Assembly (NCBI RefSeq): GCF_009914755.1
Contig: NC_060935.1
Direction: 5' to 3' (one strand)
DNA from: the human T2T-CHM13v2.0 reference genome, Homo sapiens
Length of the DNA: 64,000 nucleotides
The notes under the pieces are model-generated. The model was not told the DNA's origin. It was given only the letters and a program-made list of their open reading frames with translations, and made no database searches. Made by a program: the position numbers and the translations under genes. This document shows positions 26,601 through 40,116 of the stretch, in pieces (the stretch's first letter is position 1; each line of letters opens with the position of its first letter).

Positions 26601-28808
26601 ACAACAAATAACAAAATGGCAGGAGTAATAAAAGACATTTAAATTAAAAAGAAAGAAGTCAAATTATCTTTGTTTGCAGATCATATTTTCTTCTTATTTG
26701 GAAATCGTAAAGACTCCACCAGAAAACTATTAGAACAGATAAACAAATTTGATAAAGTTACAGGAGATAAAATCAATATACAAAAATCTGTAGCATTTCT
26801 ACATGCCAACACTAAACAATTCAAAAAAGAAATTTAAAAAGTAATCCCATTTATAGCAGCCTTAAATAAATGCCTAGGATTTAACTTCACCAAACAAGGG
26901 AAAGACCTCTACAATGAAAACTATAATACACTGATGAAAGAAATTGAAGAGGACGCAAAAATAAAATGATATTCCATGCTCATGAATGGAAAGATCTAAT
27001 ATTGTTAAAATGTACAAACTACCCAAAGCAACCTACAGACTGAATGCCATCTCTGTCCAAATGCCATCTCTGTCCAATAAAAAGAATGCCCAACAACATT
27101 CTTTACAGAAATAGGTGAAATGAGTCTAAAATTTATATTGAACTGCAAAAGACCCAGAATAGCCAAAGCTATCCTGAGCAAAAGGAACAAAACTAGAGGA
27201 ATCACATTACATAATTCCAAATTATACTACAGAACTATAATAATTAAAACAGCATGGTACTGGCATAAAAACAGATGCATAGACCAATGGAACAAAATAG
27301 AGAACACAGAAACAAATTTACACACCTACAGTGAGCTCGTTTTTGACAAAGGTGTCAAGAATATACCCTGGGGAAAAGATAGCCTTTTCAATAAATGGTG
27401 CTGGGAAAACAGGATATCCATTTGCAGAAGAATGAAACTATAACCTTATCTCTTGCCACATACAAAAACAAAATCAAAACTGATGAAAGATTTAAATCTA
27501 AGACCTCAAATTATGAAACTACTAAAATAAAACATTAGGGAAACTATTAGAACATTGGTGTGGGCAAAAATTTTTTGAGTAATACCCCACAAGCACAAGA
27601 AACAAAAGCAAAAATGGACAAATAGAATCATATCATGTTAAAAAGCATCTGTGGAATAAAGAAAATAATCAAGGTGAAAGACAACCAACAGCATGGGAGA
27701 AAATATTTGCAAACTCTCCAAATGAAAAGGGATTAATAACCAAAATTTATAAGGAGCTGAAACAACTCTATAAGAAAAAAATCTAATGATCTGATTTAAA
27801 AATGGGTAAAAGAAAAAAATAAAAATGGGTAGAAGATTTGGATAGATATTTCTCAAAAGAAAACATAAAAACAACAAACAGGCTTATGAAAAGATATTCA
27901 GCACCATTGATGATCAGAGAAATGCAAATCAAAACTCCAATGATACATCATCTCACCCCAGTTAAAATGACTTTTATCCAAATGATAGGCAATAAACAGT
28001 GCTGGTGAGGATGCAGAGAAAAGGAAACATTCATACACTGTTGGGAATGTAAATTAGTACAACCACTATGAAGAAGAGTTTGGAGCCTTCTCAAAAAAAA
28101 CTAAAGATAAAGCTACCATATAATCCAGCAATTCCACTTCGGGGTATGTAGCCAGAAGAAAGAAAATCAGTATATTGAAGAGACATCTGCACTCCCATAT
28201 TTTTTTGCAGCACTGTTTACATCAGCTAAGATTTGGAAGCAGTCTAAGTGTCCATCAACAGATGAATGGATAAAAAAAATATGGTACATATACACAATGC
28301 AGTACTATTCAGCCATAAGAAAGACTGAGATTCTGTCATTTGCAACAACATGGATGGAATGGGAGATCATTGCATTAAGCAAAACAAGCCAGCCACAGAA
28401 AGACAAACATCACATGTTTTCATGTATTTGTGGAATCTAAAAATAAAAACAATTGAACTTATGAGTATAGAGAGTAGAAAGTTGATTACCAGAAGCTGGA
28501 AGGGTAGTGGAGGGTTGCAGGAGGAGGTGGGAATGGTTAATAGGTACAAAATTTATTAGAATGAATGAATAAGACCTAGTAATTGACAGCACCCCAGGTG
28601 ACTATAGTCAAAATAATTTAATTGCGCATTAAAAAATAACTAAAAGGGGATAATTTGATTATAACACAAAGGATAAATGCTTGAGGGTATAAATATTCTA
28701 TTTTTTCATGATGTGATTATTATACATTGAATGTCTGTATCAATATATCCCATGTATCTCATAAGTGCATTCATTATTTGTGATAACACCAAAATTAAAA
28801 GTTAAAAA
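23605..28808 (+). mobile_element. Old L1 (L1MA2/3-like): 5' region, decayed ORF1, internally deleted ORF2, 3'UTR
   Basis: ORF1-like 25324-25506 and ORF2-like 27120-27443 peptides; ORF2 start (~26614) jumps to the RT region at ~26630; L1MA-type 3'UTR 28440-28808. Confidence 0.82.
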
Positions 28809-30254
28809 GCATCTCATACTTTTCTCTGTTGTTATACATATTCTCCAACTAAAAATGATGGTGGGATTATGGATCAAAAGATTACAAGGCAAAAGATTAC
28901 AGGGACCATGTCTTTAAAATTAAAACTTTCAAAATATGTGTAAATACTTGCTAATGTGAGTATATGTCAACACTATTTACTTCTTTCACTGGATGTTAGG
29001 GAAAAAAGGAACGGGGTGGATCCTTCTGGGTAAAGGAAAATAGTTTCACTAAATTCTTGTCTTTATTTCAGAAAATGCCTGCCCTTCAAGGCAGATAAGA
29101 GAGTATTTTTTTAATATATTTTAAGTCTAATTTTCCCCTTTTAAGTCAAATTCTTCTTTTCTCTTTGGGTGACATTACTGATTATTATTATCTCCAATGG
29201 AAGATAGCTACATATATGAATGGAGGGAAAGAGAAGTCGTTTGGAAATGAAAGACTAACAGAAAAAGAACTCATATTATTTGAACCCAATTCATTTTTAC
29301 TTTGATTCCTAGTTACGAATTCTAATTCTATCCAACCTTAGTTTTAAGAGTCTTGGCAAAGAATTGTAACACAGGCAATTTTGGCTTCCTGTATGCCATT
29401 CAACCTGCTGTCCATTCTGCAAGCCATCTTTCTTAATTATAAATCTGACTATAAATAACGCCCCTGTTTAATAATATTCTAAAATAATTTACACTGTCCC
29501 CAGGACAAATAATTACTCCTATATATTTCATCAGTACATCTAATCTTTTCAAACCATACTTCAACTTTTACATTGCAACCATACAATTTTTTTAATTCCC
29601 AAATTTGTCTTATCGTTTTGCACTCTCAATTTTGGTGCGTGATTTTTCCTCCCCCTTATAAAATTCTCTTTTTGATATAACAAATTTATCATAATAAAAG
29701 CATGCACACTTACATGCAAACATAAGTCTCTGTGTTCTGTTTTCCTGTCAATTTTTAACACCGTTAATAACTCAAATTAAACTCCTATTTTTCATTGTAC
29801 CACCACTAGTCTCTAAATTGCTGGGAGTTCTCACTCCACTGTTGCCTGCACAACCCTGGAAGTATAAATTTGGAAGGTGAGGGGACAGAGGCTGACTTAA
29901 GGCTGCCAGTGATACTCCCTTCACTATTTCAAAAAGTCGCATAAGTGATCTCTTTTCTTCTCTCTCCAATTCTGTTCATGTGTCAATTGGGGTATTGTTT
30001 ATCTATCACACTCACTTGGGTTTTTTTGTTTGTTAAATATACAAAAGACTGATACTTAAATCATTTTTTAATAATAAATATAGGTTTGCCACTAAAATTA
30101 AACAATAGAAAAGTTTGTAAAGTGGAAAAGGATTATCCACACTCTTTAATTTGACACAAGGTAACCCCAATTATATGTTTAGCTTGCATCTTTCTGAATT
30201 TTTTCTATGCTTTTGTAAAACACTTAATATATTACCGATTTTATTGATTTCCTT

Positions 30255-30720
30255 AATCATTGGCTTCCTAGTATCCTTGACCTTTGCTTCAACCCTGTAA
30301 CAGTCTTATGACTTGGTTTTGGCCAACATAATGCAGTAGAAGGATCTCGTGCAATTCCCAGCTCAGGCTTTATGAAGCCTGGTGCTCTTCTTCCTCGTGG
30401 ACACCTGAACCTAAATGAGGACGAGCCTGAGCCACATTGCTGGCTAATAAGACACATCATGTGGAAAAGAGCCCAGCTGCCCCAGCCAGCCAAGGTCATT
30501 CTAGACCAGCCATGTGCTTTCCAAACATATGAGAGATCCCAGCCTTTCAGTAAAGATGCCTACCCCATGCAGAGGTGATCTCAGACACATGGATAATCTC
30601 AGCAGAGTCAAGACCTACCTAGCTAACTGGTAACCTTGTGAACAATAGCAAATGCTTATTGTGTTAAACTACTGAGGTTTTGGGTGTTTTGATACCCATA
30701 AATAAATAACTGGCAGACAC
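30255..30720 (+). mobile_element. Old MaLR LTR (MLT1-like)
   Basis: Recalled MLT1 motifs, ending aaatgcttattgtgttaaactactgaggttttggg...ataactgg. Confidence 0.5.
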
Positions 30721-31374
30721 ATATTTACCTATACCTTTTTTCCTTATAGCACCAGTATCATATATTATCAACAATTTGCTCCATTTGTTTAATCTTTGCT
30801 TCACAACATAGGACAAACCCTTTAAAAATTCAACACATTAAAATTCAATACTACCTGATTTTTAGAAATCTATAAATTATTAAAAGTGTCAATTCAATAT
30901 AATTTTAAATATTTTGTCAAAGTAATACATTCATGAGACAGTCCATAGTACAGAAAAGAATACAATAAAAATCATATTTCCCAGTACAACTCTCCCCACC
31001 TTTAGTCCCACATACTAGAGGTAATTTCCTTCAATTATTTTTGTTTTGTTTTGTTTGGCAGTAACATTTGGAATTCTCAATAATGACTATTATACCTCTG
31101 TGTTTCCCGAAATATAGAACATAAACAATGCCATTGACTACCTGATATGAAAAATGAGATGCAGCTCACTTACATAGCCACATATCTGGTCTATTCTACC
31201 TAATATTTGATGATGTCATGATGTTCATACTTTTTATTGATTAATTGTGGAACAATAAATAATATATTTAATCCTAATTTCTTCTTTCATCAATGTTGCT
31301 CAGTAGTTAAATTTTCTCTATGTAAGTTGATTAATGTTGCCCTCATACCTTCTCACTTTCAATTATATCATTAT

Positions 31375-32122
31375 ATTTTTGCAATTTTTATCGTAGTAAA
31401 ATGCCATAACAAAATTACAAGCTTAACAATTTTAAGTGTACAGCCAAATAGTATTAAAATACATTCATAATTTTGCACAACAATCACCCATCTACCTCCA
31501 GAATTCTTTCTATCTTGTAAATCTGAAACTTTATAACCATTAAATGACACTTCATTTTCTCCTGCCCTAGCACCTGGCAATCACCATTCTACTTTCTGTC
31601 TCTGTGAATCTGATAATCTAGGTACCTCATATAAGTGTGATCATATTGTATTTTTGTGTGTGTGAATGGCTTATTTTACCTGGCATAATGTCCTCAAAGT
31701 TCCTCTATATTTTAGCATATGTCAGAACTTCCCTCCTTTCTATGCTAAATTATATTTTATTATATCTATATACAATATTTTACTTATCCATTTTTCAGTC
31801 CATGGATACTTTCGTTGCTTCCACATTTTAGATATCATGAACAACGTTGCCATGAATATGGGTGTATAAGTGTATCTTTGAGACCCTGCTTTCAATTATT
31901 TTAGGGATGTACCCAAAGGTGGAGTTTCTGGATCCTATGATAATTCTAGCTTTAATTTTGTGAGGAACTTCCATACTGTTTTCCACAGTGGTGCCATTTG
32001 ACATTGTCACCAACAGAGCACAGGGTTCCGATTATTCTACATCCCTGCAAACACCTGTTATTTTGTGTTTGTTTGTATGTTTTGATGGGAGTCATTCTAA
32101 TGGGTATGAGGTGGTATCTTAT
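31375..32122 (-). mobile_element. L1MB-like 3' fragment
   Basis: Reverse L1 ORF2 C-terminal peptide (RYHLIPIRM..., ORF 31952-32146) and old L1 3'UTR. Confidence 0.75.
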
Positions 32123-32324
32123 ACTTTTAACACCATCTTCTTTCATTCTATTGTTGGCGGTAAGTCACAGCCAGTCGTCTTCATCAGCCAAGTATAGATG
32201 TTACATGAGCCATAAAACTCGAAAATCTAGTTAGTTTCTTCCACTTCATTTTCACTCGTCCACCATTTTCATTGAAATTATATTGTCTATTAGAGAATCT
32301 AAAAAGATACAGTTCATACAATCT

Positions 32325-32436
32325 AAAAAGATACAGTCTTTACTTTTATTGAAATACCAAATATTGACTATGCAAGCTATACTGGTAAATGTGCTCTTTG
32401 ATGTTGACAGAGGAGGGCTGGGCTGCCTGTGGTTTC
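32325..32436 (-). terminator. CASP5: CASP5 exon 10 (3'UTR only) with AATAAA at 32345-32350; cleavage site approximate
   Basis: Acceptor tctctcttctgcag|GAAACCACAGGCAG; poly(A) signal on - strand; matches the recalled CASP5 3'UTR. Confidence 0.85.
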
Positions 32437-33024
32437 CTGCAGAAGAGAGAAAGGACAGAAGGTCAAGATGGTTACCCCTCACTGCCTTCATCCCATCCTT
32501 CATTATGATTCTTCTTCCATCTTCTGCCATATGCTTTTGCCATTTCCCTCGACTTCCATCTGTGACCTCTGTGTCTATTTAGTGAAAAGTACTCAGGAAT
32601 ATCTTTGTAAAACCTAAGTTAAATTATGTCACTTCTCTTTTCCAAAGCACTGGAAGGGTTTCCTATCTACTCAGATAATATTTTTTTAAAGATTTACCAT
32701 GTGATGTTCAAGCACATTGTGATGAGGCTCCTCACTGTTTCTCCTAATTTGTCTCTGTCAGTTCCCTCACTTGCATTCTCTTTTGGTCACACTATCTCAT
32801 TGTAGTTCTTTTTAAACCTGTTCAGCATATTTCTGCCCCAGGGCATTTGCACTTGTATTCTGTGCTGGAACACCTCTCCTGCATAAGAACCACATGATTC
32901 ACTCTCCAACTCTGTGCATTCTTTATTCCAATTTCATTATTTCAAGGCAGGTTTTCCTGAATAAAGTACCTATAGTTGAGCATGTATTTTCTACAGTCCC
33001 ATAACTGTGGCTGAATGTCAGTAA

Positions 33025-33363
33025 TGAGACAGCCAAGTAAAAAGGGCTCCCTGGCAGAACCTCCCACCAGACTGTGCACTGGGAAGAATGCACACTGGGG
33101 TGGAGCCTTGGGAAGTTCATGCCATTTGCAGCAGGGAGAAGCCTGGCCCCTCCTCTTCCTGGGTGGTACCTGGTATTCAATCTGCGAGGCAGGAAGGGCA
33201 TTAGCAGGACTCTGGCTCTGTGAAGGGTCTGTTTCCCATTTTTTTCCTTTTCACACAATAAACCCTGCCCTCCTCACCTTTCAGATTGTCTGTGAGTCTA
33301 ATTTCTCATGGTCGTGTGACAAGGACCCCATCTTTAGCTGAACTAAGGAGAAAGTCAACAACA
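33025..33363 (+). mobile_element. MER61-family solo LTR (MER61A/B-like) in CASP5 intron 9
   Basis: TG...CA termini; 4-bp TSD gtaa at 33021-33024 and 33364-33367; internal AATAAA. Confidence 0.8.
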
Positions 33364-33832
33364 GTAATGTGATATGTGCACTCAGAGGACCAAAGCCCTG
33401 CTTTCCCCATAGATAGCTCCTGTGTTTACTCTGTTTTGTTCAAGGTCTGATGCACTGTTTGGTAACTAAGTGTGGCAGGTGGGAGAGAAACAGAGAGAGA
33501 GACAAAGAGAGGGAGTGTATGAGAGATAAATGAACATAATTAATAATGGTAATATTTGTACATTATTATTTTAATAATTACTAACCTAGGACTTTCATTG
33601 TGTATTACATTTTGCTGCAATTTTCCTTACCCTTTGATTGATTATATAGTTGAGGGAAACTAAATGCATATAAGTAGAATAAAAAAGAGCAAATAAATAC
33701 TCACCAGACTACATCAATAAAGAACACTAACTTGACCATATAAGCAGTCAGCTGTCATTGGTCATTGAACTTCACCACCGATATAGCTCTTTCATTTATT
33801 TCACCCTCCAACAACTCTCAATACTTACATTT

Positions 33833-33931
33833 TCAATTGCCAGGAAAGAGGTAGAAATCTCTTGTCAAGGTTGCTCGTTCTATGGTGGGCATCTGGGCTT
33901 TAGCCTGTGGAACTTCAAATGATTTCTGTAC
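33833..33931 (-). CDS. CASP5: Caspase-5 exon 9 ([32 protein letters not shown]); exon ends at 33829
   Basis: tag|GTACAG acceptor; TGA at 33833-33835; donor gtaagt 4 nt after the stop. Confidence 0.96.
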
Positions 33932-35471
33932 CTAAAAGAAAAAACAGTAGATGAGATATGAGGGATTTTGGGTTCTCAGAATGCATCTTACACCATGAAC
34001 CAGGAAATGCCTGAATGAAGAGAGCTTCCAGGGTTGATAGGACCAAGCCCATGGATATTCCAACTCCTTAACACTGCTACTCTACCTCTTAGAATTGACA
34101 CCCCATGTCATACTGTACACTTTACATCAAAATAAACACTGCATGCCTAGTCAAGGCTTTTCAACCTCCATTTTCTCTATTTTCCATTTTTGACCTACGG
34201 ATGTGGAAATCAATTAAATATCCTTTGGGATATGCTCATGAGAACTGGATATGGAAGATTTAGTACTTTCAACCCCCACCAACGCTGATTCTTCAATTTA
34301 AGGAGAATTAAATCCCAGAATCTTGCTTTAAGGCCTGAACACTGAACAACTTTCATGCCCACACCACCATGCTGACCTCTGAAATCTTATGCATGGACTG
34401 ATCAATGAGATCCTGCTTACCGTAAATCCAATATTTCTAGTTCTTTTCCCAGGAATACCCTCAAAAGTACAATGTCTAATTCCTAATCATCCAAAAGGAT
34501 TTAACTTCCCAGTTCTCTATTCACAGAAACCCCATCTCAATTTATGGTACAATCTTCTTTAAACACCAGTGGTATATCTTCCTTTTCCCACAAGAGTTTT
34601 ACTGTTCTCTATAATTTTTAATTTAGAAACAACCACACTTTCCTGTGTTAATACCAATCCTATTTTCCCTTAAAAAGAGAAGGAACATTTATCTATTCAT
34701 TCATGCATCTATTTATTCAATATATATTAATTGAATGTCTGCTATATGTCAGGCATATTGAGGTGCTGAGCAAATCCCCGCCATCCTGAAGTTTGCATAT
34801 TAGTGAGTAAATACAGGTAAAAAACAGACACATAAATAAACTATTAATATATGCTTAATGGGAGGAGGTAAGAACTGTGGAGAAAATAAAGTAGGAAGGA
34901 TGGGGAATAAGGAATGTCCCAAGTTGGGCAAGGAGTAGCAAACCTTCCCTTCTGCCCTTTCCCATGGAAAGAGTGATTTCTTTTTTATTCCCTGTTACAT
35001 GCCTTTATGAATTCTACCACAATCTGTAATTGCACATTTTTTTGTTAACCCATATTTTCAGTATCCATATCTCTCACAAAAGTGTGAGTCCTAGATAGTC
35101 TTAAGCCATGCAAGCCTCATTTACCCCTTTGTCATCAGGATGAAGCCCCTCACCTCCATCCAGTTTTTATTCATTTAGTAAATTAACAAAAATTATTTCA
35201 AAATATTTTCTATTCTCTGAATTTTAATAAGTTATAACCCAAAATAGGAAGCTTATAGCTGATATTATTTTGTTTTACTTTGCTCTTCTTCTGGGATATA
35301 TTGACATTTTCTTTCTCTAAAGCAGATTTTAAACACCTGAATGACAGAAATCAGGTGCCATACTACTTTTGCTTGCCTGAAAAACTGTGTCATTTTTATT
35401 CGATTAGTGAATAATGATAAATTCTTTCTGAGCAAATAAGTAAATGACTAGAAAAGGAAATGGAAGCTTAC

Positions 35472-35581
35472 CTTCCGAAATATTTCCATTAGGTGGCAGC
35501 AGCAAGAATATTTCTGGAAGCATGTGATGAGTTCCGTAATGAAGATGGAGCCCCTTGTGCGGTCTCTCCAGGACACGTTAT
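35472..35581 (-). CDS. CASP5: Caspase-5 exon 8 ([36 protein letters not shown])
   Basis: 110 bp, tag|...|gtaagc; p10 SWR and GSIFI motifs. Confidence 0.96.
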
Positions 35582-36973
35582 CTATGATGATACAGCCTGG
35601 TATGCCTTGGGCTACGACTTTCACTATGTTTTTGTTTATATTTTTGTTTTTGCATAGCTTGAGAATTTACTTGATAGATTTATGGAAATCCCTTATAACC
35701 AAACATTTACTTAGGTTTCACACAGAGGAAACAGAAAAGCTGGCAAAGGTTGAACAAAAAAGACAGCTTGTAAGTATTGCAAGAGATTGCATAGTGATTG
35801 TATTTTGATTCTTGGAACTAACTTTTTATTATGGACCTCATGTTCATTCACTTTGCTTAGAAAAGGGGACTTGAGAAATAACTGGAATTCTTTCACTTTA
35901 CAAAGGAAAGAATAGAAGCTCAGAAGGATGAATAAACTTTTAGGTTCAGTGAGGAAGCAACAAAAAACTACCGTCGGGCTCCAAGATTGTTTACAGATTG
36001 CACCATGATGTCTTTCACCATAAAATAAACAAAATAGATGAACACATCCAAAGTTTCAGTTATAGAAGATTAAAATATAGAAAAATACTGTATAATATGG
36101 TGCCAATAGTAAATAATACTGTCTTATATACTTAAAAATTTGCAGAGAGTAGATCTTATGTAAATTATCCTTATCACACCCTTGCAGAATGATGATAATA
36201 ATAAATAGAGAGCTGGAGGAATCTTTTGGAGGAGAGATGTTTACAGCATAGATTTGGGTGATGATTTTAGGGGTGTGTACTAATCTCCAAACTTATTGAG
36301 TTGCATACATTAAATATGTACAGTTTTCATATGTCAGCTATGCCTCCATAAAGTGGTTTAAAAATAAGACTTGAAAATTTACAACTTGGAAAGAGTAAAA
36401 TAGAAAGCCCTTTAGGATGATTACCTAGAGGTGAAATACAAACGACTGTTTCCTGTAATTAGACCTAATTAGCTCCACCCTAACATTTCTTACCTTTTTT
36501 AAAGCTCATTCACATTTTTATCTGGACACTTAATAACATTGCTCTTTGTAGGATCAAGTGGGATATATGTAGAAGAGGGCTTGAAGTTGATCGTTTGGAA
36601 AGACAGCCAGTACTGGGATCCATAAAACTTCTATTCAAAATGTTAAATGGATTTATTAAAAAAACAGCATCCATCATCTATGTTTACATGGTGTGTGGCG
36701 AATGGGGTTCCTTGTATTGTATTGCTTTAATATTTGGTATGCCTTTGACTGTAAAGTGTAACACTTATAATAAAAGTACAGTTTTTTAAAATGTGTGTGT
36801 GGGAGGGGGAAGGAATCTATTCTCACAGCACACATAAGATCATGCAAAATATATAGAGAGCACACACCATTCTCTCAGCTCATTGTTGCATAGGGCCTAT
36901 CTTGATTTCATAGAATCATTCAAAGGTGGCCTCAGCACCCCCAAATTTTTGACTGTTACTAAAAGACACATAC

Positions 36974-37117
36974 GTGGTGTTGAAGAACAGAAAGCAATGA
37001 AGTCCTTCTCCTCGTGGATCTTGCAAACAGAATCTGCCTCCAGGTTCTCAGATGACTGTGAAGAGATGAGTGCCAAGGATGCTGGAGAGTCTCTGACCCA
37101 GAGTTCCCCATGTTTTT
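36974..37117 (-). CDS. CASP5: Caspase-5 exon 7 (interdomain linker, WVRD327/S and LEAD346/S processing sites)
   Basis: 144 bp, tacag|...|gtatgt; [47 protein letters not shown]. Confidence 0.96.
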
Positions 37118-37136
37118 CTGTAGAGACATCAACTTT

Positions 37137-37569
37137 CTTTTTTTTTTATGTTACTTTAAGTTCCAGAATAGAAATGCAGAACGTGTAGGTTTGTTACATA
37201 GTTACGCATGTACCATTGTGGTTTGCTGCACCTATCATATAGGTTTTAAGCCCACATGCATTAAGTATTTGTCTTAAGGCTCTCCTTCCCCTTGTCGCCC
37301 ACCCCCCGACTGGCCCCGGTGTGTGATATTCCCCTCCCTGTGTCCATGTATTCTCATTGTTCAACCCTCACTTATAAGTGAGAACAAGTGGTGTTTGGTT
37401 TTCTATTCCTGTGTTAATTTGCTGAGGATGATAGCTTCCAGCTTCATTCATGTCCCTGCAAAGGACATGATCTCATTCCTTTTAGGGCTACACAGTATTC
37501 CATGGGATATGTGTACCACATTTTCTTTGTCCAGTCTATCTATCATTGATGGACATTTGGGTTGGATCA
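37137..37569 (-). mobile_element. 5'-truncated L1PA 3' end inserted next to the exon 7 acceptor
   Basis: Reverse L1 3'UTR with T-tract at 37138; exact 15-bp TSD agagacatcaacttt at 37122-37136 and 37570-37584. Confidence 0.9.
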
Positions 37570-38349
37570 AGAGACATCAACTTTTTATACACTGATGTGC
37601 CTCACTTAGCATGGCTATCACAATTGCCCACCTTGTTATTTTTCAGTGTTCTTTCTAACTAATTTCATACATACATACAGACCCACACACATGCAAACAC
37701 ACACACACATTTTGCTTTGTCTCTAGTGTCATTCAACAATGTGTAAATTAATAGTGAATTTATCATGTCATTACCAGTTTTCAGTTAAATTATTGCTGCT
37801 TTCTTAAAGAAACAAAACAAAATATACATCCCAATAGTCATGAGGTAATTGGAAGTCAGGAATAAAAAGAGGGAGAGAGAAGATTGACTTAAATCCCCTC
37901 AAGTTTCCTTAACTCCCAACTCATTTTCCCTTCAATAATTGTGAATAAATAGGGTGCTTGTATCACATAATAACTTCAGTTTCAAGTGCAAATTCTTCAG
38001 AAACCACATAATGTCAACATGTCTGTAAATCATTTACAAATCAAGCTATCATGTAAATGATTCCATTTCAAAGTTTGAATATTTCTGTTTAACTTTGATT
38101 TAGGGATTCTGATGATCTCCTTCACCACTTCCTTCACCACTATCACCGTGGATAAAATTGTACAGAAATTTCTCCACTGATGAGACAATTTCTCATTATA
38201 TCAGCCCCTTAGGTAGAGTTTCTTCATAATTCAATGTACTTTATTTGCACTGGATGGGGTCTAACATTGTTTCCCCTAAATATAAACCAAACATCACAAT
38301 CCTCTGCATACACCTTCAAAACTGTTAGATGTTCAGCCTCAGCACTCAC

Positions 38350-38584
38350 CACCTCTGCAGGCCTGGACAATGATGACCTTGGGTTTGTCCTTTAGACTGA
38401 GGCAGTTGCGGTTGTTGAATATCTGGAAGATGGTGTCATAAAGCAGCACATCCGGTTTTTTCTTTTTATGCGCAGTTCCGCAGATTCCCTCTAGGATGCC
38501 ATGAGACATGAGTACCAAGAACGTGCTGTCAGAGGACTTGTGCTCTGGTCTGGCAGCAAATGCCCTCAGCACTGACTCCATATC
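38350..38584 (-). CDS. CASP5: Caspase-5 exon 6 (catalytic His267 in SHG, Cys315 in QACRG)
   Basis: 235 bp, tag|GATATG...GGTG|gtgagt; His codon 38501-38503, Cys codon 38357-38359; ORF track 38339-38581. Confidence 0.97.
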
Positions 38585-39088
38585 CTATAAAAGAGCAATG
38601 TCTAACTTCAGTCAGAGAAGCATCACAATTAATAGGACCTCCTAGATTTACCATGAGCGAAACAAGAAACATATGTAACATCCGGGTCGTGGTGCTTCAC
38701 ATAGCGCTTACTCAGTCATGACAGCAGTTTTATGTTTTTTTGTTTTGTTTTTTTTTTCCTTTGTAATGGGGCTGTGGGTTCCTACTTTTTCTCCCTGCTG
38801 ACACACCATACACTGTCTTCTTAATATATTGTATATTTTTATATGTTACTTATATTACTTTTTTTTATCTCAATCTTTTCTCTCCTTTCCTAACAAGAGT
38901 CATGTGTTATAAACGCATCACACCACTGTCCTTGTAAAACCCAACATACGTTGCTTAGAATAAAATCAATCTTCTGGCCTGACCATACTCATCCTTATAC
39001 TATGTCTGTTCTGCTTCAATCTCTAGTCACACTGATCTGTTGTGCCTCACATGTGCCAGTTTCATTTTCAGCTCAGCTCTTTCACAGG

Positions 39089-39116
39089 TAGCGCCCCCTA
39101 CTGGGAAGGCGCTGCA
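39089..39116 (-). promoter_or_regulatory. CTCF site with core plus upstream motif, in CASP5 intron 5
   Basis: Minus strand TGCAGCGCC-TTC-CCAGTAGGGGGCGCTA: near-consensus core plus a TGCAG upstream module. Confidence 0.7.
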
Positions 39117-39473
39117 TTCTCATCTTCCCAGAGCCATTCCATTCCTTCCGGTAGTGCCGTCCAACTCCTGTGTTCTCTCCCCACAGAGGCTTTTCTGGAC
39201 CAACCCAAAAACATCGCACCCCATCCAACATTCTCTCTCATGTTTCCTTTTTGCTTACTTTGGATTCTCTTGTTATTCTTATATAGACACATACACACAC
39301 TCATTATCTGAAATTGTCCGGTTTCGTTTATATTGTGAGATTTTACCTCCACTCTAACCTAGATCCTTGCAATTTGAAACTTCTGGTATCATTTACAGAC
39401 TTATCCACAGTATCAGGAAAAGCTCTTGGCCCCAAAGTTTGGATTTAATATTTGTTTTAAGAGTGCATTCCTG

Positions 39474-39768
39474 GGCCGGGTGCGGTGGCTCACGCCTGTA
39501 ATTCCAGCACTTTGGGAGGCCAAGGCGGGCAGATCACGAGGTCAGGAGATCGAGACCATCCTGGCTAACAAGGTGAAACCTCATCTCTGTTAAAAATAGA
39601 GAAAATTAGCCGGGCGTGGTGGCACGCTCCTGTAGCCCCAGCTACTCGGTAGGGCAGGAGAATCGCTTGTGGAAGGTGAATGTTGCAGTGAGCCAAGATC
39701 ACGCCACTACACTCCAGCCTGGGCGACAGAGTGAGACTTGGTCTCAAAAAATAAATAAAAATAAAAAT
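39474..39768 (+). mobile_element. Alu (AluY/Sc-type), right arm partly deleted
   Basis: gatcacgaggtcaggagatcgagaccatcctggctaac; degenerate TSD agagtgc(at/cc)tcctg. Confidence 0.9.
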
Positions 39769-40116
39769 AGAGTGCCCTCCTGCCTAAAACACATTACTCT
39801 GTGATTTTATGTGGAATCTTGGGGCTACATCCCAATCACCTGATCTTATTGGAACTCAGTAACAATTGCGAAAATACATGCCAATCATATTTTGTCTAGT
39901 TTTATGGAGTTGAGGGTATTTGAGGCTCAAAAGAGACACTGATTTATGTGTTCAATAATTTCATTTGCTAGTGCATGTGCGCATGTACACACACACACAC
40001 ACACGCACACGAACCCAGAGGTTGTTAAACCTTGTTGAACTTCTATAAAGCTAACTAATTATTAGAAGAATCTGTGTTGCCTATGGATGAGTGTGAGATG
40101 GCTTAGGGGTTCTTAC

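Noticed and set aside
27043-27076. 17-bp tandem duplication aatgccatctctgtcca
   Set aside because: Inside a dead old L1; ordinary slippage.
33025-33363. p53 site in the MER61 LTR
   Set aside because: Some MER61 subfamilies carry p53 sites, but I found no RRRCWWGYYY pair in this copy.
32437-33828. 3'UTR intron as an NMD trigger for CASP5
   Set aside because: The donor is only 4 nt after the stop, well inside the 50-55 nt rule.
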